DNA of 64,000 nucleotides from Cyanophyceae cyanobacterium (GTDB lineage Bacteria; Cyanobacteriota; Cyanobacteriia; Cyanobacteriales; Laspinemataceae), in the NCBI GenBank assembly GCA_038321985.1, contig JBBQFN010000019.1, forward strand, positions 1 to 64,000. Direction: 5' to 3'. Below, piece after piece: positions 9,536 through 19,408 of the stretch (positions are counted from its first letter, which is position 1; each line of letters begins with the position of its first letter). The notes under the pieces were generated by a model. That model was not told the origin of the DNA. It worked only from the letters and a program-made list of their open reading frames with translations, and did no database searches. Position numbers and translations under genes: made by a program.

Positions 9536-11275
9536 TTAGATTTCTGTTAGCAAAGATGAAGGCTGAACTCGTTGGCTTAACATTTCCTCAAAGGCGGCAA
9601 CGGCTAGGGGAGGACTAAAGTAGTAACCTTGGATTAAATCACAGTTGTTATCTCGAAGGAAATCATATTGCTCGCGGGTTTCTACCCCTTCGGCAATGAC
9701 TTTTAAGTTAAGCTGTCTCGCCAGTTGGATAATCGCGTTGATAATGGCAGCATTTTTGGAACTTTCCATTAAATCTCTCACAAAAGAACGGTCGATTTTT
9801 AAGGTGTCGAAGGGAAATTGCTGTAAATAACTCAGGGAAGAATAGCCGGTTCCAAAATCATCTAAAGAAAGCTGAAGGGAGAAGTTTTTTAAGTCTCGCA
9901 GAATGCGAATGGCTAGCTCAGGATTTTGGACGAGGGCGCTTTCGGTTAACTCAATTTCGACTTGACAGGGATTAATTTGGCTGGATCGGATAATATTAAT
10001 CACCCGCTCTGTTAAACTGGGTTGATTAAATTGGAGTCCAGATAAATTGACCGCAATGGTCAGAGGGTAACCGGCCTGTTTCCAGAGTTGAGCTTGCTCA
10101 CAGGCATTCCGTAAGACCCATTCATCCAGTCGCACAATCAGTCCCGTTTCTTCGGCTAGGGGAATAAATTCGGCGGGGTAAATCAATCCGCGCTCCGGAT
10201 GGAGCCAGCGAATTAAGGCTTCGGCGGCGACAATTTTTCCGGTTTTTAAGTTAAGTTGAGGCTGATAGTAAAGAATAAATTCATTGCGGTCTAATGCCTG
10301 CCGCAAGTTCATTTCTAGCATCAGGCGATCATAAGATTTTTCTTCAATCGCAAAGGTGTAAAGTTGATAGGAGTTTCCCCCTTGTTGTTTAGCTTGATGC
10401 ATGGCAACGTTAGCGGATTTGAGCAAGTTATCAATTTCTTGCCCATCGTCGGGATAAATTGCGATACCAATACTACTGGTGAGAAATATTTCGTCGTTTA
10501 AAACTTTAAAAAAATCGGAAAATAGGGCTAGGAGTCCGTGAGCTTTTTCTTCTACTTCAAGTTTTGCGGTTAAGGGGGGAAAAATTAAAGCCAGTTGTTC
10601 GCTGTTCAAGCGAGCAACGGTCCCCTCGGGTCCTACATAGCGCAGGGTGCGATCGGTGACAGTTTGCCACAATAAATCACTGTAGTCGGTCCCGAGGGTA
10701 TTGTTGAAACGATTAAGTTGGTCTAAACTCAGGACGGCAACTGGGATAAAACAGGGTGGGTGAGGTTGTGGAGGGAGAGTGCGCTCAAAGCGATCGCGCA
10801 ACATCAATCGATTGGGGAGATTCGTTAAGCTATCGTAATACACCAGGTCGTTGAGTTGCGCGATCGCCTCCTGGACTGCATTGGTTTGCTCTTGCTTGAG
10901 GCGTTCCCGTTTGCCGAGTTGGGTGGCGATCGCGCCCATTAGCTCGGTTCGGGTAAAGGGTTTAGTGAGATAGTCACTCGCCCCCAGTTCCATCCCTCGG
11001 CGCATCGCCAGTCGGTCTTCCCGCGCCGTTAAGCAGATAAACGGGATCGTCGCTGTGGTTGGGTCTTGCTGTAAGAGGGTCAGCACTTCATAACCATCTA
11101 GCTCCGGCATCATAATATCGCACAAAATCAAATCCGGATGTTCAGTTTGTGCCAACTCCACCCCCATACTTCCATTTTCTGCGCCAATCGCTTCAAAACC
11201 TGCGGAGTTCAGGAGTTTGACAAGGGTTTTGCGAAGGGAATTTTCATCTTCGACAATCAGGATTTTCTTTCTCAT
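9536..11275 (-). CDS. Response regulator with degenerate GGDEF and intact EAL (c-di-GMP phosphodiesterase)
   Basis: REC ILIVEDE/LCDIMMP/TKPF; GGDEF site replaced by ARLNSEQL; AEALIRW, DDFGTGYSS, LKIDRSF, AEGVE present. Confidence 0.92.
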   Translation of the reverse strand: MRKKILIVEDENSLRKTLVKLLNSAGFEAIGAENGSMGVELAQTEHPDLILCDIMMPELDGYEVLTLLQQDPTTATIPFICLTAREDRLAMRRGMELGASDYLTKPFTRTELMGAIATQLGKRERLKQEQTNAVQEAIAQLNDLVYYDSLTNLPNRLMLRDRFERTLPPQPHPPCFIPVAVLSLDQLNRFNNTLGTDYSDLLWQTVTDRTLRYVGPEGTVARLNSEQLALIFPPLTAKLEVEEKAHGLLALFSDFFKVLNDEIFLTSSIGIAIYPDDGQEIDNLLKSANVAMHQAKQQGGNSYQLYTFAIEEKSYDRLMLEMNLRQALDRNEFILYYQPQLNLKTGKIVAAEALIRWLHPERGLIYPAEFIPLAEETGLIVRLDEWVLRNACEQAQLWKQAGYPLTIAVNLSGLQFNQPSLTERVINIIRSSQINPCQVEIELTESALVQNPELAIRILRDLKNFSLQLSLDDFGTGYSSLSYLQQFPFDTLKIDRSFVRDLMESSKNAAIINAIIQLARQLNLKVIAEGVETREQYDFLRDNNCDLIQGYYFSPPLAVAAFEEMLSQRVQPSSLLTEI

Positions 11276-11890
11276 GCACTAGCACCAAGAGCTGACAGTT
11301 TTTTGTACTCATTCCACAAACTCTTTAACCGCACCCTAGGTGACAGCTCTACTCTAATATTGTCGCCATTTCCCTCAATTGGATTTCCCTCTTTTACTGG
11401 ACAAGGTTTTGTAGAAGACTTCCACCGGCATGAGCGTTACAATTTTTAACATATCCCTCACTTTAGCGGAAAGCTAACCCGAAACCTTTGATGATAAAAA
11501 TAAATTTTATTTAATCTTACCATACCTGAGCCTTAAGTTTACGGGATGACAAATCCGAAACCGCGTTAAAATCACTAAAACAGGACTGACGTCAATCATA
11601 AGATTGAACCCTAAATGTAGGGGTAATTCTTGGACTGCCCCTTTCAGATATAGAGGGAATGCGTAAGTCTTGTAAAAACGGAGATACCCATTTACATTTT
11701 TTGATAAAAGTCCGAAAAGCTCGGATAAAATAAACCAGCAATAGGCGGCTGAAGGTGGCGGTATCAATATTTAAAATTGCCTCCTTTTCTACCTGTATAA
11801 TAAACTTTTATAACTTTGCCACTTAACCGGGCATACTAAAAATATAAATTGCCCAGACTGTTTCCCTCGTGCACCCTAAAGGCCGAACGA

Positions 11891-14692
11891 ATGAATCCAA
11901 TTATCCACAAACTACTCACTCTACGCCATCTGGAGTACCTCAGTATTGATCGCCATTGGTACATCCAAGAAGTATCCTCTGGCGCGTGGCAGTTTGCCGA
12001 GGCTGGCGGTAGGGTCGGGGTGGGAGAGGATGTCCGAGTGGGATTTCCCGAATTGATCGGACTTGAAGCGGTATTCCAGGCGGTCGGGGAAGGAAAAAAG
12101 GAGGGCTTTGAACTCAAAGGAATTTCCCGGATTTTAGACTCGCTAGAGCCGCTTTATTTCGACTTATACCTGATGCCTGACCCCACTCCATCACCCCCGG
12201 AGGAGTGGCGATCGCTAATTATCTTAGAAAATACCACAGAAACAATGGTATTAAAACAAGAATTGGTACAACGAATCAATGAAGCTAACCTACTCCTTTC
12301 TACTCTAGAAGCAGCCAAATCCTACACGGATAAAATTATTACCTCAATGGCTGATGCTTTGTTGGTAACCGATCGCAGTGGCCGTATTGAAAGTGTCAAC
12401 CCGGCGGCTGTTAATTTATTTGGCTATTCCCGAGACTCGGAACTGATCGGGCAGCCTATTTCCCTGCTCATTGAAACCGAAGCAGCTCTTCAGCATGATC
12501 AGGACATCCCTTCTCAGAGTGAAAATAGCGAAGCAGCTTTCTTCAAAACTGCGGAAGGAGTTTGCCGGACCCAGAAAGGAGAAAGCATTATCGTTTCCTT
12601 CTCCATAGCGGCCATTGGCAACGAACTCGATAATTATGGAGATTTAGTTTATATTGGCCGAGACATTACGGCCCGCCAACGGGCTAATGAAGAACTCGAT
12701 CGCGCCCGTCGGGAAGCGGAACTAGGCTCTACGGCTAAAAGTCACTTTTTAGCCAATATGAGCCATGAAATCCGGACCCCTATGAATGCTGTTTTGGGAA
12801 TGACCGGCTTATTATTAGAAACGGCTTTAACCGCGGAGCAACGTGACTTTGTAGAAACTATTCGCACCAGTGGGGATGCTCTCTTAACCCTAATTGATGA
12901 AATTTTAGACCTCTCCAAACTCGAAGCGGGAGAGATGCACCTAGAATGCTTAGATTTTGACCTATCAAATAGTGTAGAAGAGGTTATTGATTTACTAGCG
13001 CCCCAAGCTCATCTAAAATCTGTGGAAATTGCCTCATTTATTGAATTTAATATTCCCTTGGGTTTGCGCGGAGATAGCGCCCGCTTGCGACAAATCCTCA
13101 CCAATCTGATTGGGAATGCTATTAAGTTTACCAAGGGCGGATATGTGATACTACAGGTAGAACTGGTGGCAGAAAACCCAGAGTCAGTCCACCTCTTATT
13201 TTCCGTCGTCGATACGGGAATTGGAATTGCACCCCAAAACCAAAGTAAACTTTTTAAACCGTTTTCTCAAGTGGATTCCACCACCACTCGGCAATATGGG
13301 GGAACTGGGTTAGGATTGGCTATTTGCCAACAGCTAGTGAGCCTAATGCAGGGAGAGATAGGAGTAGAAAGTCAGGAAGGAGAAGGGTCTAATTTTTGGT
13401 TTAAAATTCCTTTTTTAAAGCAAAAAAATCCCATTTCCAAACTGGCAGCACCCCCAGAATTATGGGGCCTATCTTTATTAGTGGTGGCGGACAGTGAACT
13501 GGTCCGAATGATGATTCGCGATCGCGCTGAGGGTTGGGGAATGCAAATTGATGAAACCCCCAGCGCTACAGCGTTAAATCTATTACAAACCCAGTGGGAA
13601 AAAGGCAACGCCTATGACCTGGTAGTCATTGATTTAGAAATGCCAGAAAGTACGGGAATCACTTTAGCCGAGGAAATTAAAAGAGATTCTCGATTTGCCA
13701 GCACTCCTTTGATTGCGATCGCCGCCACTCATCAGCGCAATCTCGTCAAAACTGCCTTAAACAGTGGATTTTGCGATTGCCTAATTAAACCCATTAAACC
13801 CGCTCGTTTTCTAGAAGTCATTTGCCGGATAGTCGGTCTAACCGTAGCTAGTAATCATACCCACTCTCTTTCCTATCCCAAAGCTAAAACTCAGATCTCA
13901 ACCCTCCCCTTAAAAATTCTCCTCGCGGAAGATAACCCAGTCAATCAAAAAGTAGCCATTAAACAGTTGGAATTTCTAGGATATCAAACGGATGTTGCCA
14001 ATCAAGGGGAAGAGGCCCTGAAATTGTGGCAGGCTCATCCCTATGACATCATTTTTATGGATTGCCAAATGCCCGTACTGGATGGATACCAAGTCACCCG
14101 AGAAATTCGTCGCCTAGAACAGGAAACCGGCAATTCCACCGTTAGCAACCCGAACCATACCGTCATCATCGCCATGACGGCTCACGCCATGAAGGAGGAC
14201 CGGGAAAAATGTTTAGAAGCGGGAATGGATGATTATATTAGTAAACCTGTATCCCCCGACCAACTTCAGGCTATACTATCAAAATGGGTGAATCAATTGA
14301 GCGGCGCAAGGGTTAGTTTGCCAACCCTTGACTCGCGCGAGAACTCTTCGGCAGACCCGATTCTAGATCTAGAGCGTCTCGAACGTATTTCCCAGGGAGA
14401 TTCGGTTTTCCGCAACGACCTGTTAGAAACTTTTATTGAAGAACTGCAACTCCATATAACATCACTGCAAAGCGTGTCCTCCGAAGACTTTACCACCCTC
14501 AAACAAGAAGCCCATTATATTAAAGGTGCCAGTGGAAATGTAGGAGCACAGCAACTTTTTAGTATTGCCACCCAATTGGAACGGGAAGCCAAGCAAGGTA
14601 AAACTGATAATTTATCGGATTTAGTAGCTCAATTAACTGACGCCTATCAAGCCTTCATTATTTTTGTAGATCGAACCGAACCCCGAGAATGA
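11891..14692 (+). CDS. Hybrid histidine kinase (PAS-like, PAS, HisKA, HATPase, 2 REC, Hpt)
   Basis: [47 protein letters not shown] at 11891 (MNPIIHKLL). Confidence 0.92.
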   Translation: MNPIIHKLLTLRHLEYLSIDRHWYIQEVSSGAWQFAEAGGRVGVGEDVRVGFPELIGLEAVFQAVGEGKKEGFELKGISRILDSLEPLYFDLYLMPDPTPSPPEEWRSLIILENTTETMVLKQELVQRINEANLLLSTLEAAKSYTDKIITSMADALLVTDRSGRIESVNPAAVNLFGYSRDSELIGQPISLLIETEAALQHDQDIPSQSENSEAAFFKTAEGVCRTQKGESIIVSFSIAAIGNELDNYGDLVYIGRDITARQRANEELDRARREAELGSTAKSHFLANMSHEIRTPMNAVLGMTGLLLETALTAEQRDFVETIRTSGDALLTLIDEILDLSKLEAGEMHLECLDFDLSNSVEEVIDLLAPQAHLKSVEIASFIEFNIPLGLRGDSARLRQILTNLIGNAIKFTKGGYVILQVELVAENPESVHLLFSVVDTGIGIAPQNQSKLFKPFSQVDSTTTRQYGGTGLGLAICQQLVSLMQGEIGVESQEGEGSNFWFKIPFLKQKNPISKLAAPPELWGLSLLVVADSELVRMMIRDRAEGWGMQIDETPSATALNLLQTQWEKGNAYDLVVIDLEMPESTGITLAEEIKRDSRFASTPLIAIAATHQRNLVKTALNSGFCDCLIKPIKPARFLEVICRIVGLTVASNHTHSLSYPKAKTQISTLPLKILLAEDNPVNQKVAIKQLEFLGYQTDVANQGEEALKLWQAHPYDIIFMDCQMPVLDGYQVTREIRRLEQETGNSTVSNPNHTVIIAMTAHAMKEDREKCLEAGMDDYISKPVSPDQLQAILSKWVNQLSGARVSLPTLDSRENSSADPILDLERLERISQGDSVFRNDLLETFIEELQLHITSLQSVSSEDFTTLKQEAHYIKGASGNVGAQQLFSIATQLEREAKQGKTDNLSDLVAQLTDAYQAFIIFVDRTEPRE

Positions 14693-16461
14693 ACCCCTTT
14701 TTTAGAAAATTTTTAGTCGTACATGGCATTGAGTACCTCATCCTAGATTGCGCCTTAAAGATATGCAAAACTTCAGCGGGCGTAGACCGATTTGCGGATG
14801 CTCCGGGTCCCATTCAGGTCAATGATGAGGTGGGTCTGGCATTCCCCGAATTGATAGGCGTAGAGGACCTCTTACAGGAGGTTTTAGAAGGGCGGCAGAT
14901 CAGCTTTGATTTAAAATCCCTGAGTCGGTTTAACGAGGCCGGGAGTCCCGTTTATTTTGATATGTATGTCGTTCAGAAAGTAGAAATTGAAACCCAGGAA
15001 CAGCAGCTTATCGTTTTTTTAGAAGACGTCACCGAACGGATGAGTTTGGAGCAGCGATTAGTCCAGGCCACCAATGAAACCCATTTACTAATTGCCGCTC
15101 TCTCGGAATCAAAACGCTACATTGAGCAAATTCTCTCATCCATGGCTGAAGCATTAATCGTCACCAGTGAAACAGGCTTAATTAAAAAAGTTAATCAAAG
15201 TACGCTGGATTTGTTTGAGTATACTGAGGCAGAATTACTCGGAAAAGGGATTTCCCAAATTGTGGGAAATTATCAGGATTTAGTCAAAGATTTTTTTCTT
15301 TCTCAGATGGAGGGAGATGAGCCGGGATGGTCCCCGGTAGAAATTGTTTGCCAAACCAAAACTAGGAAAAAAATTCATGTCGCTTTTTCCTGTGCAGTGA
15401 TTGATGTTTCCGAGGCAGATATTCCCGATTTGGTATATATTGGTCGGGATATCACCGAGCGCAAGCGCAAGCAACAGCGGAATTTGGCACAATCGGCGAC
15501 GATTCGGATTTTGTCGGAATCAGCAAATCTTTTAGAGGCGGCACCGAAACTATTACCGGCCTTGTGTGAAAGTTTAGAGTGGGATATGGGTGAAGTTTGG
15601 AGGGTAGATAGGAGAGACGGCCCTGGGAACTATCCGGTATCTACGGTGTTAAGGGAGCCCGAGTGCCATCCTGACTCTCTCACTTGTCTGGAAGTGTGGC
15701 ATAAAGCAACCTCCGGAGGGGAAGAATCGCTCCAGGTAGCCCGAGGGACACAGTTAGTTAAGGGGGAGGGGTTAGCCGGTCGGGTGTGGGCGACTCATTC
15801 GGCGATCTGGATTGCTGATCTGCCGGGGGAAACGATCGCAGGGCCGGGAACAGAGGTCTTAGTCCAGGCGGGTTTGCACGCCGGGTTTGGCTTCCCAATT
15901 TGCGGCGACGCTTCGGAAATGCAAGGGAGGGTAGAAACGGACCAAACCCCGGAATTATTAGGGGTGATCGTATTCTACAGCCGAGACATTCAGATGATTG
16001 ATGAGGACTTGATGGCAACTTGCAGTGCGATCGCCAGCCAGATCGGTCAATTTATCAAGCGCAAGCAAGCTGAACTCGCCTTGCAAGAAATCCAAGAACG
16101 CTACCGCGATTTATTTGAAAATGCCAGCGACTTGATTCAAAGTGTCTCGATAGAGGGCCGATTTTTGTATGTGAATCGAGCCTGGAGAGAAACCCTGGGA
16201 TACAGTCAATCGGACCTTGATTGCCTGACAGTGTTTGATATGCTGCATCCCCAGTGCAAACCCCGTTATCAAGACCTCTTTCAACGCATCTTTTCCGGGG
16301 AAATGATTAATCAAGTAACGGCTGAATTTATGACTAAATCGGGTCAGACAATTTTCTTACAAGGAAGTATGAATTGTAAGCGGGTAGAAGGTAAACCTGT
16401 AGCTGTTCAAGGAATTTTCAGAAACATCACCGATCGCATTCAAGAAAACTTATTATGTTAA
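14689..16461 (+). CDS. PAS-like/PAS/GAF/PAS sensor protein lacking an output domain
   Basis: PAS ends YIGRDITERK and FRNITDR; GAF GEGLAGRVW; ATGA overlap with the upstream kinase; stop 7 codons after the last PAS. Confidence 0.8.
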   Translation: MNPFFRKFLVVHGIEYLILDCALKICKTSAGVDRFADAPGPIQVNDEVGLAFPELIGVEDLLQEVLEGRQISFDLKSLSRFNEAGSPVYFDMYVVQKVEIETQEQQLIVFLEDVTERMSLEQRLVQATNETHLLIAALSESKRYIEQILSSMAEALIVTSETGLIKKVNQSTLDLFEYTEAELLGKGISQIVGNYQDLVKDFFLSQMEGDEPGWSPVEIVCQTKTRKKIHVAFSCAVIDVSEADIPDLVYIGRDITERKRKQQRNLAQSATIRILSESANLLEAAPKLLPALCESLEWDMGEVWRVDRRDGPGNYPVSTVLREPECHPDSLTCLEVWHKATSGGEESLQVARGTQLVKGEGLAGRVWATHSAIWIADLPGETIAGPGTEVLVQAGLHAGFGFPICGDASEMQGRVETDQTPELLGVIVFYSRDIQMIDEDLMATCSAIASQIGQFIKRKQAELALQEIQERYRDLFENASDLIQSVSIEGRFLYVNRAWRETLGYSQSDLDCLTVFDMLHPQCKPRYQDLFQRIFSGEMINQVTAEFMTKSGQTIFLQGSMNCKRVEGKPVAVQGIFRNITDRIQENLLC

Positions 16462-16582
16462 GGGAAGGACTACCAGAACCGGGCCCGGGCTGCACTGGCT
16501 AAATTTTAAATCAAACTTTGTTAAAGCCGGATTTTGGATAAAAAGGACAGGGGTATCTATGGGTTCTAGTTCAATCTTTAAA

Positions 16583-16621
16583 TCCCCAGAGGTCAGCACA
16601 GTTTAGGCTAACCTTTGGGGA
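16583..16621. terminator. Imperfect hairpin between convergent genes
   Basis: tccccagaggtcagc ... gctaacctttgggga inverted repeat. Confidence 0.4.
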
Positions 16622-16665
16622 GTGGTTTAAGTTCTTATTGTTTTACAAAATGGTCTTTTTCGCTC

Positions 16666-17094
16666 CTAAGCGATGCCAACCAACTGGATCTCAAAAATCA
16701 AATCTTTTCCAGCCAGGGGAGGATTGGCATCTAACGTCACTTTTGACTCGGAAATCGCCGTAATTACCACGGGAATGATTTGATCCGGTGATTGTTGAAT
16801 TTGCAGTTCTTGTCCCAAATCTAAAGGGATATTTTCCGGCAGTTGCTGGCGTTCAACTTCCACCACCATTTCTTGGCGATGGGGTCCGTATGCTTCATCT
16901 GCTGGAATTTTTTCGGTTTTGGATTCTCCGGGAGCCATTCCTAAAACAGCTTGTTCAAAACCGGGAATGAGTTGTCCTTCCCCTAAAACAAATTCCAGGG
17001 GGTCGCGATCGATGGATGAATCAAAGACGGTGCCATCATCTAATTTACCCGTGTAATGAACTTTCACTATATCGCCCTGCTTGGCTTGGGTCAT
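16666..17094 (-). CDS. FKBP-type peptidyl-prolyl cis-trans isomerase (SlyD-like, no His-rich tail)
   Basis: VKVHYTGKLDDGTVFDSS, GQLIPGFE, AYG, LDANPPLAGKDLIF; likely start MTQAKQG at 17094. Confidence 0.92.
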   Translation of the reverse strand: MTQAKQGDIVKVHYTGKLDDGTVFDSSIDRDPLEFVLGEGQLIPGFEQAVLGMAPGESKTEKIPADEAYGPHRQEMVVEVERQQLPENIPLDLGQELQIQQSPDQIIPVVITAISESKVTLDANPPLAGKDLIFEIQLVGIA

Positions 17095-17482
17095 TTTGTT
17101 TGCTCCTAATAATGTGAGTGAAAACAAAGCATCCAAGTCTATAGCCGATCGCCTCATGATCTGTGCAGCAACCCGTTAAAAAAACGGGTTAAATAGACTG
17201 GATTGAAGTGAAGAAACGTTTTCCCCTCCTTCATGCTAAATGGATCCGGCTGGAGGGCAATCAACCCAGGGAAAGCCTGAACGCTCAAATCCCCCACCAA
17301 CCTGGACCGGCGTTCTCTTGTGGTTATTTGGTTAGTATTTTAGCTTGCCAGACGGAATTTTGCCGAGAGGGAAGGGGGAGAGGGAGCAGATGGGGGCGAC
17401 TGCCATCCAGACCGAGGATGTTCGTAGTAAAGAGTTGCTGTCATTTCCAGATCTTTGCCATCATTTTTCTCATTTTCCCGGG

Positions 17483-19192
17483 TTAGGGGTCGAATTTGCG
17501 CCCTTTCAGTAGATAAACCTGCATTTTCCCCTTGCCTTTAATCTCGATCGCCCCGCGTTCTTCAAAAAGGTATTGATCCTGCAAGCGTTCGTAAGTGGCC
17601 CTAGAAACTTGAATTTGGCCCGGAATGCCGTGAGATTCCATTCTGGAAGCAGTATTCACCGTATCCCCCCAGAGGTCATAAATAAATTTTTTAATGCCAA
17701 TTACTCCAGCCACGACGGGTCCGGTATGGACCCCCATTCGCATGGTTAAAGATTGATTAAATTCTGAATTAAATCGGGCGATTTCCCGTTGCATCTCCAA
17801 GGCCATTTCTGCGATCGCCATAGCACTATCTGGACGGGGAACGGGCATTCCTGAGACGACCATGTAACAGTCGCCAATGGTCTTAATTTTTTCTAACTGA
17901 TACTGTTCTAAGGCGCGATCAAAGCGAGAAAAAATATTATTGAGCAACTGTACTAATTTTGAGGGTTCAATTTGACCGGAGAGTTGGGTAAAGCCGACAA
18001 TATCGGCAAATAATACCGTGACTTCAGCAAAACTATCGGCGATGTTTTCCTCGTGGACTTTGAGGCGACTGGCAATTACCTCGGGTAAAATATTTAGCAA
18101 CAAACTTTCCGCCTTTTCTCGCTCGATCTCCAGGGCTTTAGTAGAGGATTCTAAGGTCTCCAACATCGCATTAATGGTCTGGCCTAAACTGGATAGTTCA
18201 TCTTTCCCTGAGACGGAAACTCGCAGGGCCAAATCCCCACTGTTATCGATTTTTTTGACATCTTTACTCAAATATGATAGGCGAGCCAAAACCATTTTTT
18301 CTAACAGTAACAGGGTGCAGAAGCCGAAGACAAGTCCCACGATCGCCAGAGACACCATGAGATACCGCGAACTGATTTGCCCTTGATGAAAAATATCTCT
18401 GGGGAGATTAAGTTCTAATAACACGGCAGGATTGCCGTAGATATCCCGTAATAAACTATAGCCAGCGATCCATTCCGAACTTAGGGGTTCGATGAGAATA
18501 GGAGGTTCTTCGGACATTTGAGATAACTGCGCGATCGTCGGCTGTAACTCAACGGGAATGGTAGGATCCATTAACCCATAAGCCCTAACATCCAAATGGG
18601 TGAGTTTTGCCAACCGTTGGATTTCTTGACGATCCAAGAAGCGGGCGATCGCCAGAGTTCCCCGGCTGGGAAGATTACCTTGACTATTGAGAATAGGTCC
18701 ACTGGCGATCGTCATCGGACGGGTGCCAATGGTAACAATTCCAGCTAAGGATTCTTTGGGATTAGACCCCTGAATAGAAGTCGCGGTAATCTTCTCGGAA
18801 ATCTCTGCCGGAATCGGGACTAAAGCCTGACGAATTAAGTCAAAACCCTGGCCGAAAACGAGTTCACCTTCTTGATTAATAAATAAGATAGCGTTAGCTC
18901 GAACTGAGGCTAAACTAAGCACCCCCAGATTTCTGTCGATATAGTCGGAATTGCCATCTTCAATAAAAGTATAAGTTTCATCCCAGACTCCCCACTGAAA
19001 ATTCATGGTTTTTAACTCCTCCTGATAATTGGAGAAGGCATCTAAAACTCGTTGAACATTCCGCCTTGCTTCTTGTCGTTCTAAGGCGGTAAATCCATTG
19101 AGTAAAATTCTGGAAGAGGTGAGATGCACAACTCCAAACAGCCCAGCCAGGGTCATACCGATCGCGAGTAAAGTTTTCTTCCGGAGGGTCAT
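17483..19192 (-). CDS. CHASE4-HAMP class III adenylate cyclase
   Basis: Two TMs flanking WGVWDETY (CHASE4); HAMP GKDELSSL; LFADIVGFT, KIKTIGDCYM, YDLWGDTVNTASRMES. Confidence 0.92.
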   Translation of the reverse strand: MTLRKKTLLAIGMTLAGLFGVVHLTSSRILLNGFTALERQEARRNVQRVLDAFSNYQEELKTMNFQWGVWDETYTFIEDGNSDYIDRNLGVLSLASVRANAILFINQEGELVFGQGFDLIRQALVPIPAEISEKITATSIQGSNPKESLAGIVTIGTRPMTIASGPILNSQGNLPSRGTLAIARFLDRQEIQRLAKLTHLDVRAYGLMDPTIPVELQPTIAQLSQMSEEPPILIEPLSSEWIAGYSLLRDIYGNPAVLLELNLPRDIFHQGQISSRYLMVSLAIVGLVFGFCTLLLLEKMVLARLSYLSKDVKKIDNSGDLALRVSVSGKDELSSLGQTINAMLETLESSTKALEIEREKAESLLLNILPEVIASRLKVHEENIADSFAEVTVLFADIVGFTQLSGQIEPSKLVQLLNNIFSRFDRALEQYQLEKIKTIGDCYMVVSGMPVPRPDSAMAIAEMALEMQREIARFNSEFNQSLTMRMGVHTGPVVAGVIGIKKFIYDLWGDTVNTASRMESHGIPGQIQVSRATYERLQDQYLFEERGAIEIKGKGKMQVYLLKGRKFDP

Positions 19193-19408
19193 TAGGCCAC
19201 TAGAGGGGAGGGGACATATCAGATAAATTATGACATGAATCGGTTATTTTTTAATAAATCTGGCCCACCAATTCTGTCTTTCTTTCCCTTTTTTAGTAAC
19301 AAGTTCCATCATTTCTTCGGTCGGGGTCACGACAGCCAGTCCGGCACCTGAATAAAGAAAGAGAGTACAGGCAGTCGTTGCTACTAACTTAACAAAGGAT
19401 TGAAGTTA

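Noticed and set aside
16710..16735. DANPPLAG instead of the usual DANHPLAG in the SlyD-like PPIase
   Set aside because: A single substitution that could be a variant or sequencing error; not enough to call a pseudogene.
17208..17486. 92-aa intergenic ORF
   Set aside because: No motif or RBS; lies in the spacer/promoter region of the PPIase gene.
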